A stretch of 64,000 nt of DNA. It comes from a virus. The translations under genes were made by a program, and so were the position numbers. The stretch spans positions 29,596-93,595 of the IMG/VR virus record IMGVR_UViG_3300024999_000004, one strand, 5' to 3'. Below are positions 54,176-63,664 of this stretch, in pieces; the first letter of the stretch is position 1; each line of letters starts with the position of its first letter. Below the pieces are notes generated by a model. That model was not told where the DNA came from, did not search any database, and saw only the letters and a list, made by a program, of their open reading frames with translations.

Positions 54176-56153
54176 AAAGTGGTTATCATGGGACACCGAA
54201 ACCTACGAAGAGGATATCAAGACATGGGGTGCGGGATTCCATCTGGGAAAGGGCCACCTGATCGGCATATCCTTTGCCGATGATACGGGATGGTCCACAT
54301 ACCTTCCCCTCGCTCATCCCGAAACTACGCCTCAAGAGCGGGCAAAGAACATAGCAATAGCCAAGGAGATATACGAGGAAGACTGCCTTCACCTTGCCCA
54401 TAATTCCTTGTACGACCTCGTATACATGACCAACGAGCTTGGGTTCAAGATACCCAAGAAGATCCACGATACCCAGTATACGGAAGCGCTTCTTGACGAG
54501 TACCGTGGGCGTTATGGCGGGCCAGGGTATACCCTTGATGCGGTATCCTTTGACTACACAGGAAACAAGAAGGAGAAAACGGCAATCGAGGAGTATTGTG
54601 AGGCAAGAGGCTGGAAGGGAGATCCAAGATCCCATTTATGGAAAATGCCCGCTTCCGTAGTAGCCCCGTATGCACGAATGGATACGGAACTTCTCATGCC
54701 TATTTGTGAAAAGCAGATGGTCAGGATTCACAAAGAAGAACTCGATGACATCTACAGTGTGGAGAGCAGACTCATCCCTGTCCTGAACAAGATGAACAAA
54801 ACAGGCATGAGGGTAAGCTCCAAGAGAAGGCAGGAAGTATCCGAGCTGTTGCACAGAAGAGCAGGGGAGCTGAAAGCACAGCTCCACGAGGAACTCGGGG
54901 AGTGCAACTACAACAGTTCCGCCCAACTTGCCAAACTTCTCTCCAAGAAAGGCATAGAGATACCCAAAACCCTCAAGGGCAACGATAGTGTAAATAACGA
55001 ATTTGTGGAGAGCCTCGCCCACCAAGGGTATTCTTTCGCTCATAAATTGGTACAATGGCGCAAAACCACAAAGGTACTGGACACATTCATTGACGGTGCT
55101 TTTGTGGAGTTCCAAGGAGCGGATGGAAAGATCCACGGAACGCTGCTTCCTGTGGCGATGGACGACTCCGGAACGGTGAGCGGACGCACGGCTTTCGTGA
55201 AACCGAACTTGCAACAGGTCCCTTCCAAAGATGGGGATACCTTACAGGGGGACCTGCCTCTGGGCTCCTTGTCACGGGATATATTCATTCCTGAAGAGGG
55301 CTGTTTCTTGGGGAGTTCGGATCTGTCACAGATAGAGCTGCGCTGCTTGGTTCACCTTGGAGTGCCTCCGGGGAAAACACAAGTACGGAACAGGTATTCT
55401 CAACTTCGAATGATGGGTAAAAGTCATGAGATGGCGGAGAAGCTGGCTGTGGAGGAGAGAGACTACGTAGCCAGAGTGCTTGGAGAGATACGGGAAGAAT
55501 TCCGGGCGAACCCTTACCTTGACTATCATGAGATGGTATCGGGAATGACTGGACTGACTAGAGGTGATTCGAAGGCTATTACGTTCGGTCTAGCTTTCTC
55601 GATGGGGAAGGCGAAGATGATGAAAAAATACGGATGGTCCGACGAGAAGGCCACCGGAATTCTGGACACATACTTCGAGAAGCTCCCCTTCATCAAATCG
55701 ACGAGAGAGCGAATAATTGAAGTTGCGGTGGAGAGAGGGTACATAAAAACAGTCGGGGGACGACACGCACATCTGGCTCCCTACATGAAGACAGGCCCCG
55801 TAAGAGACCGAAAATTGTACCGTATGAATAACAGGGCTCCGCAAGGATCAGCTGCGGACATAGGAAAGAAGGCAATGGTAGACGCGGACGAGAAGGGGCT
55901 GTGGGAAATTCTTTCTCTTGGATTATTTTTGCACGACGAGCTTGTGATGTCAGTTCCAAAAACAAGAGAGGCCGTGGATGCCTTTGAGGAAGTGCAACAT
56001 TGCATGGAGAACGCCTATCAATTGAATATTCCTGTGATGAGCGAGTCAGAGTTCGGAAGTTCATGGGGAAGTACAAAAGGTAGATTGAAAAGGGAAGACG
56101 GGAGCAAGGAAACTTCAAAAGAGTTCTTTGACCGGCTTCGTAGCCTGTGCTAA
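54156..56153 (+). CDS. polA: Family A DNA polymerase with 3'-5' exonuclease
   Basis: DTET, HN..YD, YARMD; SGR...PNLQQ; DLSQIELR; K.ITFG; QGSAAD; HDEL. Confidence 0.95.
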   Translation: MRQKLTRKWLSWDTETYEEDIKTWGAGFHLGKGHLIGISFADDTGWSTYLPLAHPETTPQERAKNIAIAKEIYEEDCLHLAHNSLYDLVYMTNELGFKIPKKIHDTQYTEALLDEYRGRYGGPGYTLDAVSFDYTGNKKEKTAIEEYCEARGWKGDPRSHLWKMPASVVAPYARMDTELLMPICEKQMVRIHKEELDDIYSVESRLIPVLNKMNKTGMRVSSKRRQEVSELLHRRAGELKAQLHEELGECNYNSSAQLAKLLSKKGIEIPKTLKGNDSVNNEFVESLAHQGYSFAHKLVQWRKTTKVLDTFIDGAFVEFQGADGKIHGTLLPVAMDDSGTVSGRTAFVKPNLQQVPSKDGDTLQGDLPLGSLSRDIFIPEEGCFLGSSDLSQIELRCLVHLGVPPGKTQVRNRYSQLRMMGKSHEMAEKLAVEERDYVARVLGEIREEFRANPYLDYHEMVSGMTGLTRGDSKAITFGLAFSMGKAKMMKKYGWSDEKATGILDTYFEKLPFIKSTRERIIEVAVERGYIKTVGGRHAHLAPYMKTGPVRDRKLYRMNNRAPQGSAADIGKKAMVDADEKGLWEILSLGLFLHDELVMSVPKTREAVDAFEEVQHCMENAYQLNIPVMSESEFGSSWGSTKGRLKREDGSKETSKEFFDRLRSLC

Positions 56154-56169
56154 AAGGAGCGCAAACATA

Positions 56170-56565
56170 ATGTCCCTGCAGAAACTTCTTGAAGATCAGA
56201 TCCTATGGTCCATGAAAACGTTCGGACCGGCTTACCGCACGGAGGGCATCCTCCGCCATATCGAGAAAGAATGTAACGAAGCGCGTGCGGCCCCCTTCGA
56301 CCTCTCAGAATACGTAGATATCATAATCCTGGCAATGGATTTGTACTGGAGACACGGGGGGATGCCGGATGAACTGGAAGAGGCAATAGCAAAGAAGCAG
56401 GAAATCAACAGAGGCCGAACATATAGAGTGACGGATGACGAGACTCCGAGTGAGCATGTGAGGGAGGAACCTGAGCATTCTTGTGATACGTGCATAAACA
56501 GAGAGGTTAACCCCGATGCTTGCTTTCCTTGCCAGAACGGGGAAGACCAGTGGAGCCTTACTTAA
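56170..56565 (+). CDS. DUF550 (MazG-like dATP/dGTP pyrophosphohydrolase) protein
   Basis: WS.KTFGP..R..G...HIEKE..E....P.DLSEYVD..ILA.D...K..IN..R. Confidence 0.8.
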   Translation: MSLQKLLEDQILWSMKTFGPAYRTEGILRHIEKECNEARAAPFDLSEYVDIIILAMDLYWRHGGMPDELEEAIAKKQEINRGRTYRVTDDETPSEHVREEPEHSCDTCINREVNPDACFPCQNGEDQWSLT

Positions 56566-56994
56566 ATGCCCAAGCCCGAAAACACCTTCCGCGCCTCCTG
56601 CAACAAGGGCTACCGGCTCTTGGGAGCCAAGGTCCAATCAATCGAATCCGCTGCGGTCGGCTTGGGAATCCCCGATTCCTACCTCGCCCACAGCTACCAA
56701 ACTGGCCTCCCCCTCCTCGCATGGATCGAGTACAAGGTAGACCCGAAAGCGGACTGGCCCTGCGACCACAAGATCACGTTCCGCCCGGGGCAGCACGCAT
56801 GGCTGAAGGACAATTGGAAGAAAGGAGGGCCTTCGTTTGTTTGCGTCAAGTACACTAACGGCGTACTTTTGACGCATATCGAGGATGTTGACGTAAATAC
56901 GAAGAGACCGGAGAAGGGCTCTGGTCTGTTTATGAAGAGGTTCGACGCGGGACTGGCGTTGAAGTGGATGCATACGTTTGTAAAAGGAGTTTAG
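56566..56994 (+). CDS. PD-(D/E)XK resolvase / VRR-NUC-like nuclease
   Basis: IES....GIPD...WIEYK...FRPGQ.AW...GG. Confidence 0.75.
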   Translation: MPKPENTFRASCNKGYRLLGAKVQSIESAAVGLGIPDSYLAHSYQTGLPLLAWIEYKVDPKADWPCDHKITFRPGQHAWLKDNWKKGGPSFVCVKYTNGVLLTHIEDVDVNTKRPEKGSGLFMKRFDAGLALKWMHTFVKGV

Positions 56995-56995
56995 G

Positions 56996-58728
56996 ATGTT
57001 GATCGCAAAATGGTCGGCTGGTGGGGACAGGGAATTGCGGGTAAAAAGGATAGGGGAGGTCAATACATTCTATGTTGCGTCTTTCCGGCAGAGGGTAGAT
57101 TACGCATATCCAGACAATTTTGTTTTTAGCCCAAACAAAACATACAGGATTGAGCTGAAAGAGGATGCTTTCGAGTTGTATGAATATACAAAGGGAGGAA
57201 AAGATATGACATGTCTTGTCTGTGGCAATGAATTATCCTCGGCTGACACGAGCAGCATCTGTCGTATTTGCCAACGCAAGATGGTGGAACCGAAGCCGAC
57301 ATACTACCAGACAGGGTGGGTATGTCCAAAGTGCGGGTCTGTCTACGGACCGATGACGACGGAATGCTCGCGGTGCTGCCCTCCCCTGAAGATAACATGC
57401 GGAGGCACGACATAAGTTGAAGTTAGTTATTGACATAGAAACAGTAACCTCGTTCCCGGACAACGACGAGACAATAGCTCGTGTTTTTTATCCTGACGAA
57501 GGCAGCAGAATCTACATCACAAAAGGGCTGTCAAAGACGTATGTGGAGGACTCCATATTCCACGAAATAGGCCACGTAATTGACTGGTATTTAAGTGAAG
57601 GGAAGCAAGCAGAAGACACAGGAATAAGGGAGAAGTTGGCTGACGAGATAGGCGACGGCCTACACAAGTGTTTTAATGGGGAGGCACGACGTAAAATGGA
57701 ATTCTTCCAGCAACTGACCATCGACGGAGACACAAGTTTATCCGAACTCCTGCACCAAGCCTACAGCAGGGGATGGTGCGACGGGTACAAAGAGAAAGGC
57801 GTGGAGTTTGATTGGATCGACGAGGGCTTCGCTGCTTTTGTCGCGGAACGGTTTCAGAAGGAGAAGGAGAAGGAGAAGGAGAAGGAAGCATGACCATTAT
57901 TTGTTTGTTCGCCCAAATGAAAGAACGCTACGCCGGGGAGTACGCTCCGGACCTGCGAGGAGCAATTGACAGTTACGGAAATGACGATAACCCTGATTAC
58001 TTGAACAACTTGGAGAAGGATCTTTCAAAGGACTCCTCCATCGCTTTCGTCCGCCGTATGGTGATAAACGTTCCGGACAAGGAGTTCGACCATGTGTTCT
58101 ATGGGGAAGAGCTGGAAGGGAAGGTGGAGGAGAAAGAAGCATGAAAATAAGTCTGCCTTACATGTTATTTTTTGATGTTGCGTGGGATGCAGCAACCGAA
58201 ACGCACAAGCAATGGTCTGAAATAGCGGAAAAGTACGGATTTACTGTTGACGAACCGTCTGTGTATGATATAGGAGTAATCGAAAACATACGTTCCGTTT
58301 TCGTTACACGAGATAGAAAGGAGACCTGAATGGAAGTTGACCTCGCGGAACTCAAACATTGCGTGGAATACATACGCGGCATAAACAAAGAAGATTTCTC
58401 GTCTATCAAATGGACGCTGAATGGCGTGGAGCAACTCCCTCAGACAGAGGACCTTCAGGAGGTGCAAGGAAAGTTTGAGTTCTTGGGTCTGTGCAACACA
58501 GACTATGGCAAAATGTTGCTCGGGATATTCTAAAGGAGGCACTTCTTGGACATTACTTTTTCCGTGAATCTGCACGACTCCGACGGAGACGTTTATGACG
58601 AGTGTTTGTTACTCCATATCGGGGATACTGCAATTATCCGTCTTGAAAGAGATGGCCTACCGCAGTTTATAAAACAACTGAAGAGGATAGACAAAGAAAT
58701 AAAGGAACTTCCCATGGAAAACTATTAG
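56996..58728 (+). CDS. Terminal run of hypothetical proteins (56996..57415 Zn-ribbon, 57417..57893 HExxH, 57890..58144, 58141..58329, 58330..58533, 58546..58728)
   Basis: SDs and coupling; GWVCPKCG; FHEIGH. Confidence 0.6.
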
Positions 58729-58770
58729 CCTCCTAGGGTATAGACTCAAGCTATACCCTATAGGCACTTT
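58728..58770. terminator. Hairpin at the convergence of the two transcription units
   Basis: TAGGGTATAG-7nt-CTATACCCTA between convergent stops. Confidence 0.7.
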
Positions 58771-58771
58771 C

Positions 58772-59203
58772 CTATCGATCCGGCCCCGCTCCCCCCGAAG
58801 CCCTCCGATCCAGTTCCTTCTCGACAATCACTGCCGCCTTCTGAAGATGCGGAATCCCTGATCTCCCGTCCTCCAGCTCCGCCAGCCACAGTTCAAACAA
58901 AGCGTCCCCCTGATACTTGGGGGAAGCCTCGGATACCCTGACCGCCTTCGCCGTGATCTTGTCGAGCGCCTCTTTTTCTTCCCTGTGCGCTATCTCGATC
59001 CTGATATATTGAAGGGCCTTTCGGAGGTCAAGGAAAGGGTCGGAGTGCTTCTCTTCATTTCTAAAGAGATACTTGTATGCATTGCCCACCGAATAGCCCA
59101 TGTGCTTGTTCACATCAAGGCACTCGACCCCGGACGGGTGTACATTGTAGTGTTTGGGCTTGTTGACCTGATCGTACCCTACCGAATCCCTTCCCTCACT
59201 CAT
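58772..59203 (-). CDS. DUF3310 (SaV-like) protein
   Basis: DQVN.P.HY...ECLD...GNAYKYLFR...DLRKA..Y. Confidence 0.85.
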   Translation of the reverse strand: MSEGRDSVGYDQVNKPKHYNVHPSGVECLDVNKHMGYSVGNAYKYLFRNEEKHSDPFLDLRKALQYIRIEIAHREEKEALDKITAKAVRVSEASPKYQGDALFELWLAELEDGRSGIPHLQKAAVIVEKELDRRASGGAGPDR

Positions 59204-59441
59204 CGCTCTTCCCTCCCTTATTCTCCGTCAAATATCGATACCTCGCATTCAAGGTATCTTTAGAACATCCGATTTCCTTTGTCAGCACGTAGCGCGGCGT
59301 CACGTTGTACGCAAGCAATATTTTCTGGTCCATGAGAGGAGTGAAGTGGAAGCAGCGCGTGCCCACCCTCTTCTTCGGCAAGGACGCAAGCCAAGCCTTC
59401 AGCTCTTCCGAGGCCTCTTCTACTACAATATCATCGGCCAT
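59196..59441 (-). CDS. Small HTH-like protein
   Basis: FTP.MDQ.IL...LTKEIGCS..TL..RY. Confidence 0.55.
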   Translation of the reverse strand: MADDIVVEEASEELKAWLASLPKKRVGTRCFHFTPLMDQKILLAYNVTPRYVLTKEIGCSKDTLNARYRYLTENKGGKSDE

Positions 59442-59916
59442 TTGAGAACTCCTTTTCATTGTCAAACACATCCGACCGAAGAGACCAATACCGCATAAGC
59501 CCTAATCTGGATAATTGATACCTCTCTTCTTCGGTGAATTTGCGGGAGGCTTGGCGTAGTTTTGCCTGTCGCAATATCTTACATCTTCTTGACTTTCCTT
59601 TGAATGAGTTCTCACAAACACACAAAACCCCTATATCTGCCTCTATGTGAGTAAGAGCAAAATCCCCGAGCGTGTCGGGAACAGCAAACCACAACGCTTT
59701 TATTTTGTTGCTGTGATGTTTATGATACTTGTCCGAGTCTCGAAGAAGATCGCTTTTACTTACTTTTATTTCCACTTCCGAAGCATAGCCTGCATCTGAG
59801 AGTATAAGCAAGTCACATTCGTGCAAGTTGAGTCCCCATGACACCCTCGGCACAATCAGGTTTCTGCGGTAGTCGAAATGATTGGCCACAGCAACCTCTA
59901 CGTCCCTAGTTTTCAT
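59431..59916 (-). CDS. MmcB-like PD-(D/E)XK nuclease
   Basis: HECDLL...EVEIKVSKSD..RD..K...WFAVP. Confidence 0.75.
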   Translation of the reverse strand: MKTRDVEVAVANHFDYRRNLIVPRVSWGLNLHECDLLILSDAGYASEVEIKVSKSDLLRDSDKYHKHHSNKIKALWFAVPDTLGDFALTHIEADIGVLCVCENSFKGKSRRCKILRQAKLRQASRKFTEEERYQLSRLGLMRYWSLRSDVFDNEKEFSNGR

Positions 59917-60716
59917 TTGCTCCCCTCCGCACTTGAGAACTCCTCCCCACTGCATATTTCCTTGTATTCTCTTCGTTTCACGACTTTAAGCGGCATGAGT
60001 ATGGGCTGATATTCCCAATCCGTGCTACTGCGAACCACCAGCTTCCCGATTCCCATGTCGTAGTACATCCCCCGGCACGTCCTTCCGAATACAGAGTCAG
60101 GGTACTCCATGCACGGAGCCGAGATTGCCGTCCGCTTTCCGATTGTCATCCTGCAGGAATAATGGACGTGCCCCCGGATCACGATATCAGCGGGCTCCTG
60201 ATCCGAAAGTGTGGCGTCCACCAGATCCCGTATGCTCTCGCGGAACAGAGGCGTTCCCTGCCCGTAGGCGGTATCACTTCTTCCAAGGGCATGACGGAGA
60301 TGCAATTTGAGGCCGAGAATGGAAACTAGTTGTTCGTTTTCGATGGATGCCCCGAGAGCTTTGGCAAGAGGATCTTCGTAGTTGTAGGTGCCGGAACTGT
60401 GGAAGGGGGTGCCTCTGACAAAGTACATGTTTTGTTTTTCTATTCCGGGGGCGGCGTATATTTCCTCTTGGGAAGCGGCTTGCTCTAAAGTGTCGGGGAT
60501 CACGGTATCCATGGTTCCCTTCTTCCCCTCGCCATCTGTTGCGTCTCCGGTGAACAATCCAACATCCCAAGGCCCGAATTCCGTAATTGCTTCAAGCCAC
60601 CATCCGTAGGCCAAAGATTGCATCACCTTCAGTTGCTCGGACCAATATGAAGGCGGCAACAGACCTCCCGCCGCGCCCCCATGCGTGTCTCCCATGATCA
60701 GTACGTTGACTGCCAT
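59913..60716 (-). CDS. Calcineurin-like metallophosphoesterase
   Basis: GDTH, GDATDG, GTPFH, H and GHVH motifs. Confidence 0.85.
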   Translation of the reverse strand: MAVNVLIMGDTHGGAAGGLLPPSYWSEQLKVMQSLAYGWWLEAITEFGPWDVGLFTGDATDGEGKKGTMDTVIPDTLEQAASQEEIYAAPGIEKQNMYFVRGTPFHSSGTYNYEDPLAKALGASIENEQLVSILGLKLHLRHALGRSDTAYGQGTPLFRESIRDLVDATLSDQEPADIVIRGHVHYSCRMTIGKRTAISAPCMEYPDSVFGRTCRGMYYDMGIGKLVVRSSTDWEYQPILMPLKVVKRREYKEICSGEEFSSAEGSK

Positions 60717-60743
60717 TAGTTGTACTCCTCTATAAGGGCTGCA

Positions 60744-61337
60744 TCAGAAGATAACTGCCACGATGCTGATCGCGGAAAGAACGACAATTACAACGGCTTC
60801 CGCGCCCGCGACAAACTGCCAGAATTCAATGTCCCTTTTCAGTTTCTTGATAGAGCCTTCTAATTTTCGAAAGTTCGATGCCAAGGTCATGTATGATCTC
60901 TCCGTTTCTTCCAGTTTCTCCAAGAGATTCCGTGATTGCTCCATCGAGAGCTTCCCGGATTCTGTCGCTTTCCGCAAGTCCTCTTTCAAGAGCAGTAATT
61001 GTGTCTCTATCCTTTGCTTCTCTTTCACGGCTTCGTCGTAACTGTTCTTCAATTGAAGCAACTCTTCCCTCTGCGCGCTCAAGCTCTCTTTGTTTTGCGC
61101 CAAGAGTTTCAAGGAGTCCTGAAGCCATGACTCTTGCTTCTTGTTCGAGTCGTCCAAGCTCTGCAAGAGCGCGTTTACTTTCGCCCATCTCAGCAGTAAT
61201 TGCTCGGAGGTTTCTTGAGGATTGGATATATTTGTAGCCGAGGATGCTTCCTGCGGCCACAAGGGAGATAAGGATGACAACAACAAAAGCAGCATTACGG
61301 ATAGTGCCAAAGGAAGAAGCGTTCGGTTTTCCCACAT
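60744..61337 (-). CDS. Spanin-like protein A: signal peptide, coiled coil, C-terminal TM
   Basis: ATG at 61337; hydrophobic N- and C-termini; heptad core; no Cys. Confidence 0.7.
   Translation of the reverse strand: MWENRTLLPLALSVMLLLLLSSLSPLWPQEASSATNISNPQETSEQLLLRWAKVNALLQSLDDSNKKQESWLQDSLKLLAQNKESLSAQREELLQLKNSYDEAVKEKQRIETQLLLLKEDLRKATESGKLSMEQSRNLLEKLEETERSYMTLASNFRKLEGSIKKLKRDIEFWQFVAGAEAVVIVVLSAISIVAVIF
60826..61335 (-). CDS. Spanin-like protein B in the overlapping frame: N-terminal TM plus coiled coil
   Basis: GTG at 61335 shares the GGGAG SD; 169 codons open inside protein A. Confidence 0.6.
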   Translation of the reverse strand: MGKPNASSFGTIRNAAFVVVILISLVAAGSILGYKYIQSSRNLRAITAEMGESKRALAELGRLEQEARVMASGLLETLGAKQRELERAEGRVASIEEQLRRSREREAKDRDTITALERGLAESDRIREALDGAITESLGETGRNGEIIHDLGIELSKIRRLYQETEKGH

Positions 61338-61339
61338 TG

Positions 61340-61651
61340 TCACTCCCCGGGTTTGGTCTCAGGTTTCGTCTCAGGTTTCGTATCTTTGATGAACATACCC
61401 AGCTCTCCCCAAGTAGTGAAGAACAGGAGAACAAGGACTGCGGCAACAGGTACCACAAGGAGCCCGCCGAGGACAAGGGAGAGAATTACCCAGCTTTCGA
61501 CCGAGAGGAAATAGGAGAGTTTGCAGAGCACTCCAATTGAAGACCCTATGAAGTTGAGCGTGAACACGGCAGCAAGGACCCTGCGGATGGAAAAAGGAGT
61601 GTCGGAAAGACCTTCGCGCAGGCAAGTAGAGAAATCAAGCAACGCCTTCAT
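61340..61651 (-). CDS. Holin-like two-TM protein
   Basis: Two hydrophobic segments; charged C-terminus; lysis context. Confidence 0.6.
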   Translation of the reverse strand: MKALLDFSTCLREGLSDTPFSIRRVLAAVFTLNFIGSSIGVLCKLSYFLSVESWVILSLVLGGLLVVPVAAVLVLLFFTTWGELGMFIKDTKPETKPETKPGE

Positions 61652-61864
61652 CTAGTCCTCCCCAAAGAATTCCGCGTCGTCCATTTCATCGCTGAGTTCC
61701 ATCATTTCCCACCAAGGCATATCGTGACCCGGAAGCTCTACACACTTGCCTGTCGCAAGATCGTCAATAATGGATTCGAAGTGGTCGGGCATGGAGTTGG
61801 CAGGATCAAAGATCGCATATCTTCCTGACATAATCAGCCTCCCGTGAGCTGTCGCGCTATTCAA
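61652..61864 (-). CDS. Small acidic hypothetical protein
   Basis: ORF packed between lysis genes. Confidence 0.5.
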   Translation of the reverse strand: MNSATAHGRLIMSGRYAIFDPANSMPDHFESIIDDLATGKCVELPGHDMPWWEMMELSDEMDDAEFFGED

Positions 61865-61890
61865 AAACGCCGCCGTTCCTAAGCAGGGAC

Positions 61891-62424
61891 TTACTCATCC
61901 TTGACCACAAGACTTATCTTTCTCCCTGCAGCAGTCTCCTGCTCCACAAGAGCAGCCAGCGCGAGCGCGTCTTTCTCCGACCTCAGCCGACCGCACCCTT
62001 GCGTGGTTTTGGAGTCCCTTGCAAAGTGGAATCCGTACCCGACATCTTTGACGATTCCGAAAGTCTCGGCTTCATAGCCTCCGGTTTTGTCGAGTTTCCA
62101 GATGGGTAGCATAAGCTCAGCATCGGTCTGGATGAAGGCAGGTCCAAGATACCCATATTCAGGATCAGTAGCCTCTCTTCGTCTGACTCCGAGGATTTCC
62201 CACTCCCTGCTACCGTCGGTGACAGGAAACGGACGGGGCATATAAGGATAGGCTCCGGGAATCGTGCGCACGACCTCACGGGGCTCGTGGAGCTTCCGTC
62301 TCCCGTTCAGCTCATTCCGGACATCCGAGGTACAATGAAAAACAAGAACCTGCGGAATTCCGTTGTAGACGGTTCCGGTATCCACTATCAACTCTTCCGT
62401 TTTTCTCAGGAATGTCCATTTCAT
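61891..62424 (-). CDS. L,D-transpeptidase (YkuD)-fold enzyme, candidate endolysin
   Basis: GYGFH......TTQGCGR (H...TxGC catalytic motif); GGAG SD before MKWTF. Confidence 0.6.
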   Translation of the reverse strand: MKWTFLRKTEELIVDTGTVYNGIPQVLVFHCTSDVRNELNGRRKLHEPREVVRTIPGAYPYMPRPFPVTDGSREWEILGVRRREATDPEYGYLGPAFIQTDAELMLPIWKLDKTGGYEAETFGIVKDVGYGFHFARDSKTTQGCGRLRSEKDALALAALVEQETAAGRKISLVVKDE

Positions 62425-62495
62425 TTTACGTAGGGCTCCTTTGTTCCTCAGATAGTCTGATATCAGGGCTTTTACTGAAAGAAAAGGCTGTAGGC

Positions 62496-63149
62496 TCACT
62501 CAAGGTACTCCCTGTACTTCGCATGATTGGCTGCGGAGGGAAGTGATAAGGGACCTATCCTAGCCGTCCTTCCTTCGGTAACGTAGCCAAATATTGCCGG
62601 AGGTACTTTCGTCACAATATCTCCTTGCACAGCAATATTATATACCTGCAGGAAACGTTTGTCAATTTCTCTGTTCAGTCTGAAGGGATTCCATACAACA
62701 CGCGGACTGCCGAAGGTAACAGTATTCGGGCGGATGCCTCTGAAGTACAGATCCTCGTGAGCAAGGGTAGCGAGAGCGCCGCCTTGGGAATACCCTGCAA
62801 CGATGGAGGGGGTGGAGCCCGAGAGGGCGGACATGATTTCGTCTTGTACGGACTTCCACAGGCGGAGGAAGCCCTCGTGGGCGTACCAGCGGGAACCTTT
62901 GTACGCGCGTACCGCCTTCGGGCAGAACAGGAAATTGTGTTTCCAGTCGGAATGGCTGGCGGAGCATTGGAAATAGAGTCCATTGTCGGAATCCAGACGC
63001 CACTGGACATCAAGAGGAGATGTCCTCCATGGCCCATGGGTGCATTTGTTGTAGAGATCGAGGTACGTTGCGCCCCATGTGGACGTTGTGGTTTTTGCGC
63101 TCACGGTGCTCACGGTGCTCACGGTGCTTACGGCGCTCACGGCGCTCAC
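62496..63149 (-). CDS. Class 3 lipase (alpha/beta hydrolase)
   Basis: AHEGF, GYSQGG nucleophile elbow, TFGSPR, DIVTKVP and C-terminal His. Confidence 0.88.
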   Translation of the reverse strand: MSAVSAVSTVSTVSTVSAKTTTSTWGATYLDLYNKCTHGPWRTSPLDVQWRLDSDNGLYFQCSASHSDWKHNFLFCPKAVRAYKGSRWYAHEGFLRLWKSVQDEIMSALSGSTPSIVAGYSQGGALATLAHEDLYFRGIRPNTVTFGSPRVVWNPFRLNREIDKRFLQVYNIAVQGDIVTKVPPAIFGYVTEGRTARIGPLSLPSAANHAKYREYLE

Positions 63150-63151
63150 GG
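63098..63151. repeat. 9-bp tandem repeat x6 at the lipase start (VSA/VST)
   Basis: GCTCACGG(T/C) units; most carry GTGA on the minus strand. Confidence 0.9.
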
Positions 63152-63556
63152 CGCGGCCTTGGGGAACAGATTCCCGACCAAAGCGAAAACCCCGCCTCCG
63201 ATGGCAGCGGCGAAGGCGAAAACAACGGCATCCCACATCTTCGATGGCCTGCTTTCTATGGTTCCGATGCGCTCCGACAATACACGGAACGCCTCTTTCA
63301 TCTCGTCCGTGTAGGTCTTCAGCATTTCCTTGATCTCGGCAAGAACCCTGTCGATGTTCTTGTCCCTCTCTTCGCGGGCGGAAAGGTCATTCTCTATGGC
63401 GCTGACTTGCCCTTCGAGACAGGAAACCGAAGTCTGAAGGGACTGAATGGCGGGGGGAAGATGCACAAGAACCAGTTCAAGTTCCCGTATCTTCTTGTCG
63501 AGGCTTTCCGCGAGTCTTTCGAGGGACTCGAATCGCATCAGCTCTGTTGCATCCAT
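63146..63556 (-). CDS. Coiled-coil protein with C-terminal TM (XhlA/holin-like)
   Basis: GGAGG SD; heptads then a hydrophobic C-terminus. Confidence 0.7.
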   Translation of the reverse strand: MDATELMRFESLERLAESLDKKIRELELVLVHLPPAIQSLQTSVSCLEGQVSAIENDLSAREERDKNIDRVLAEIKEMLKTYTDEMKEAFRVLSERIGTIESRPSKMWDAVVFAFAAAIGGGVFALVGNLFPKAAP

Positions 63557-63605
63557 TCTTGGGCCTCCGGATTAAGGGGGTGTCTATAGGCGGTACCTAG
63601 GGGAG

Positions 63606-63646
63606 AGTATAGCACAGGAGAGGGGGGATGTCCACCTCCTGTGCTA
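63606..63646 (-). promoter_or_regulatory. Hairpin overlapping an extended -10 element upstream of the lysis genes
   Basis: TAGCACAGGAG/CTCCTGTGCTA IR; minus-strand TGcTATACT. Confidence 0.45.
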
Positions 63647-63664
63647 ATTCAATGGGGGGAGGAT

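Noticed and set aside
57856-57886. (GAGAAG)n microsatellite as a phase-variation switch
   Set aside because: In-frame 6-bp repeat at the extreme C-terminus (EKEKEK), so length change would not alter the frame.
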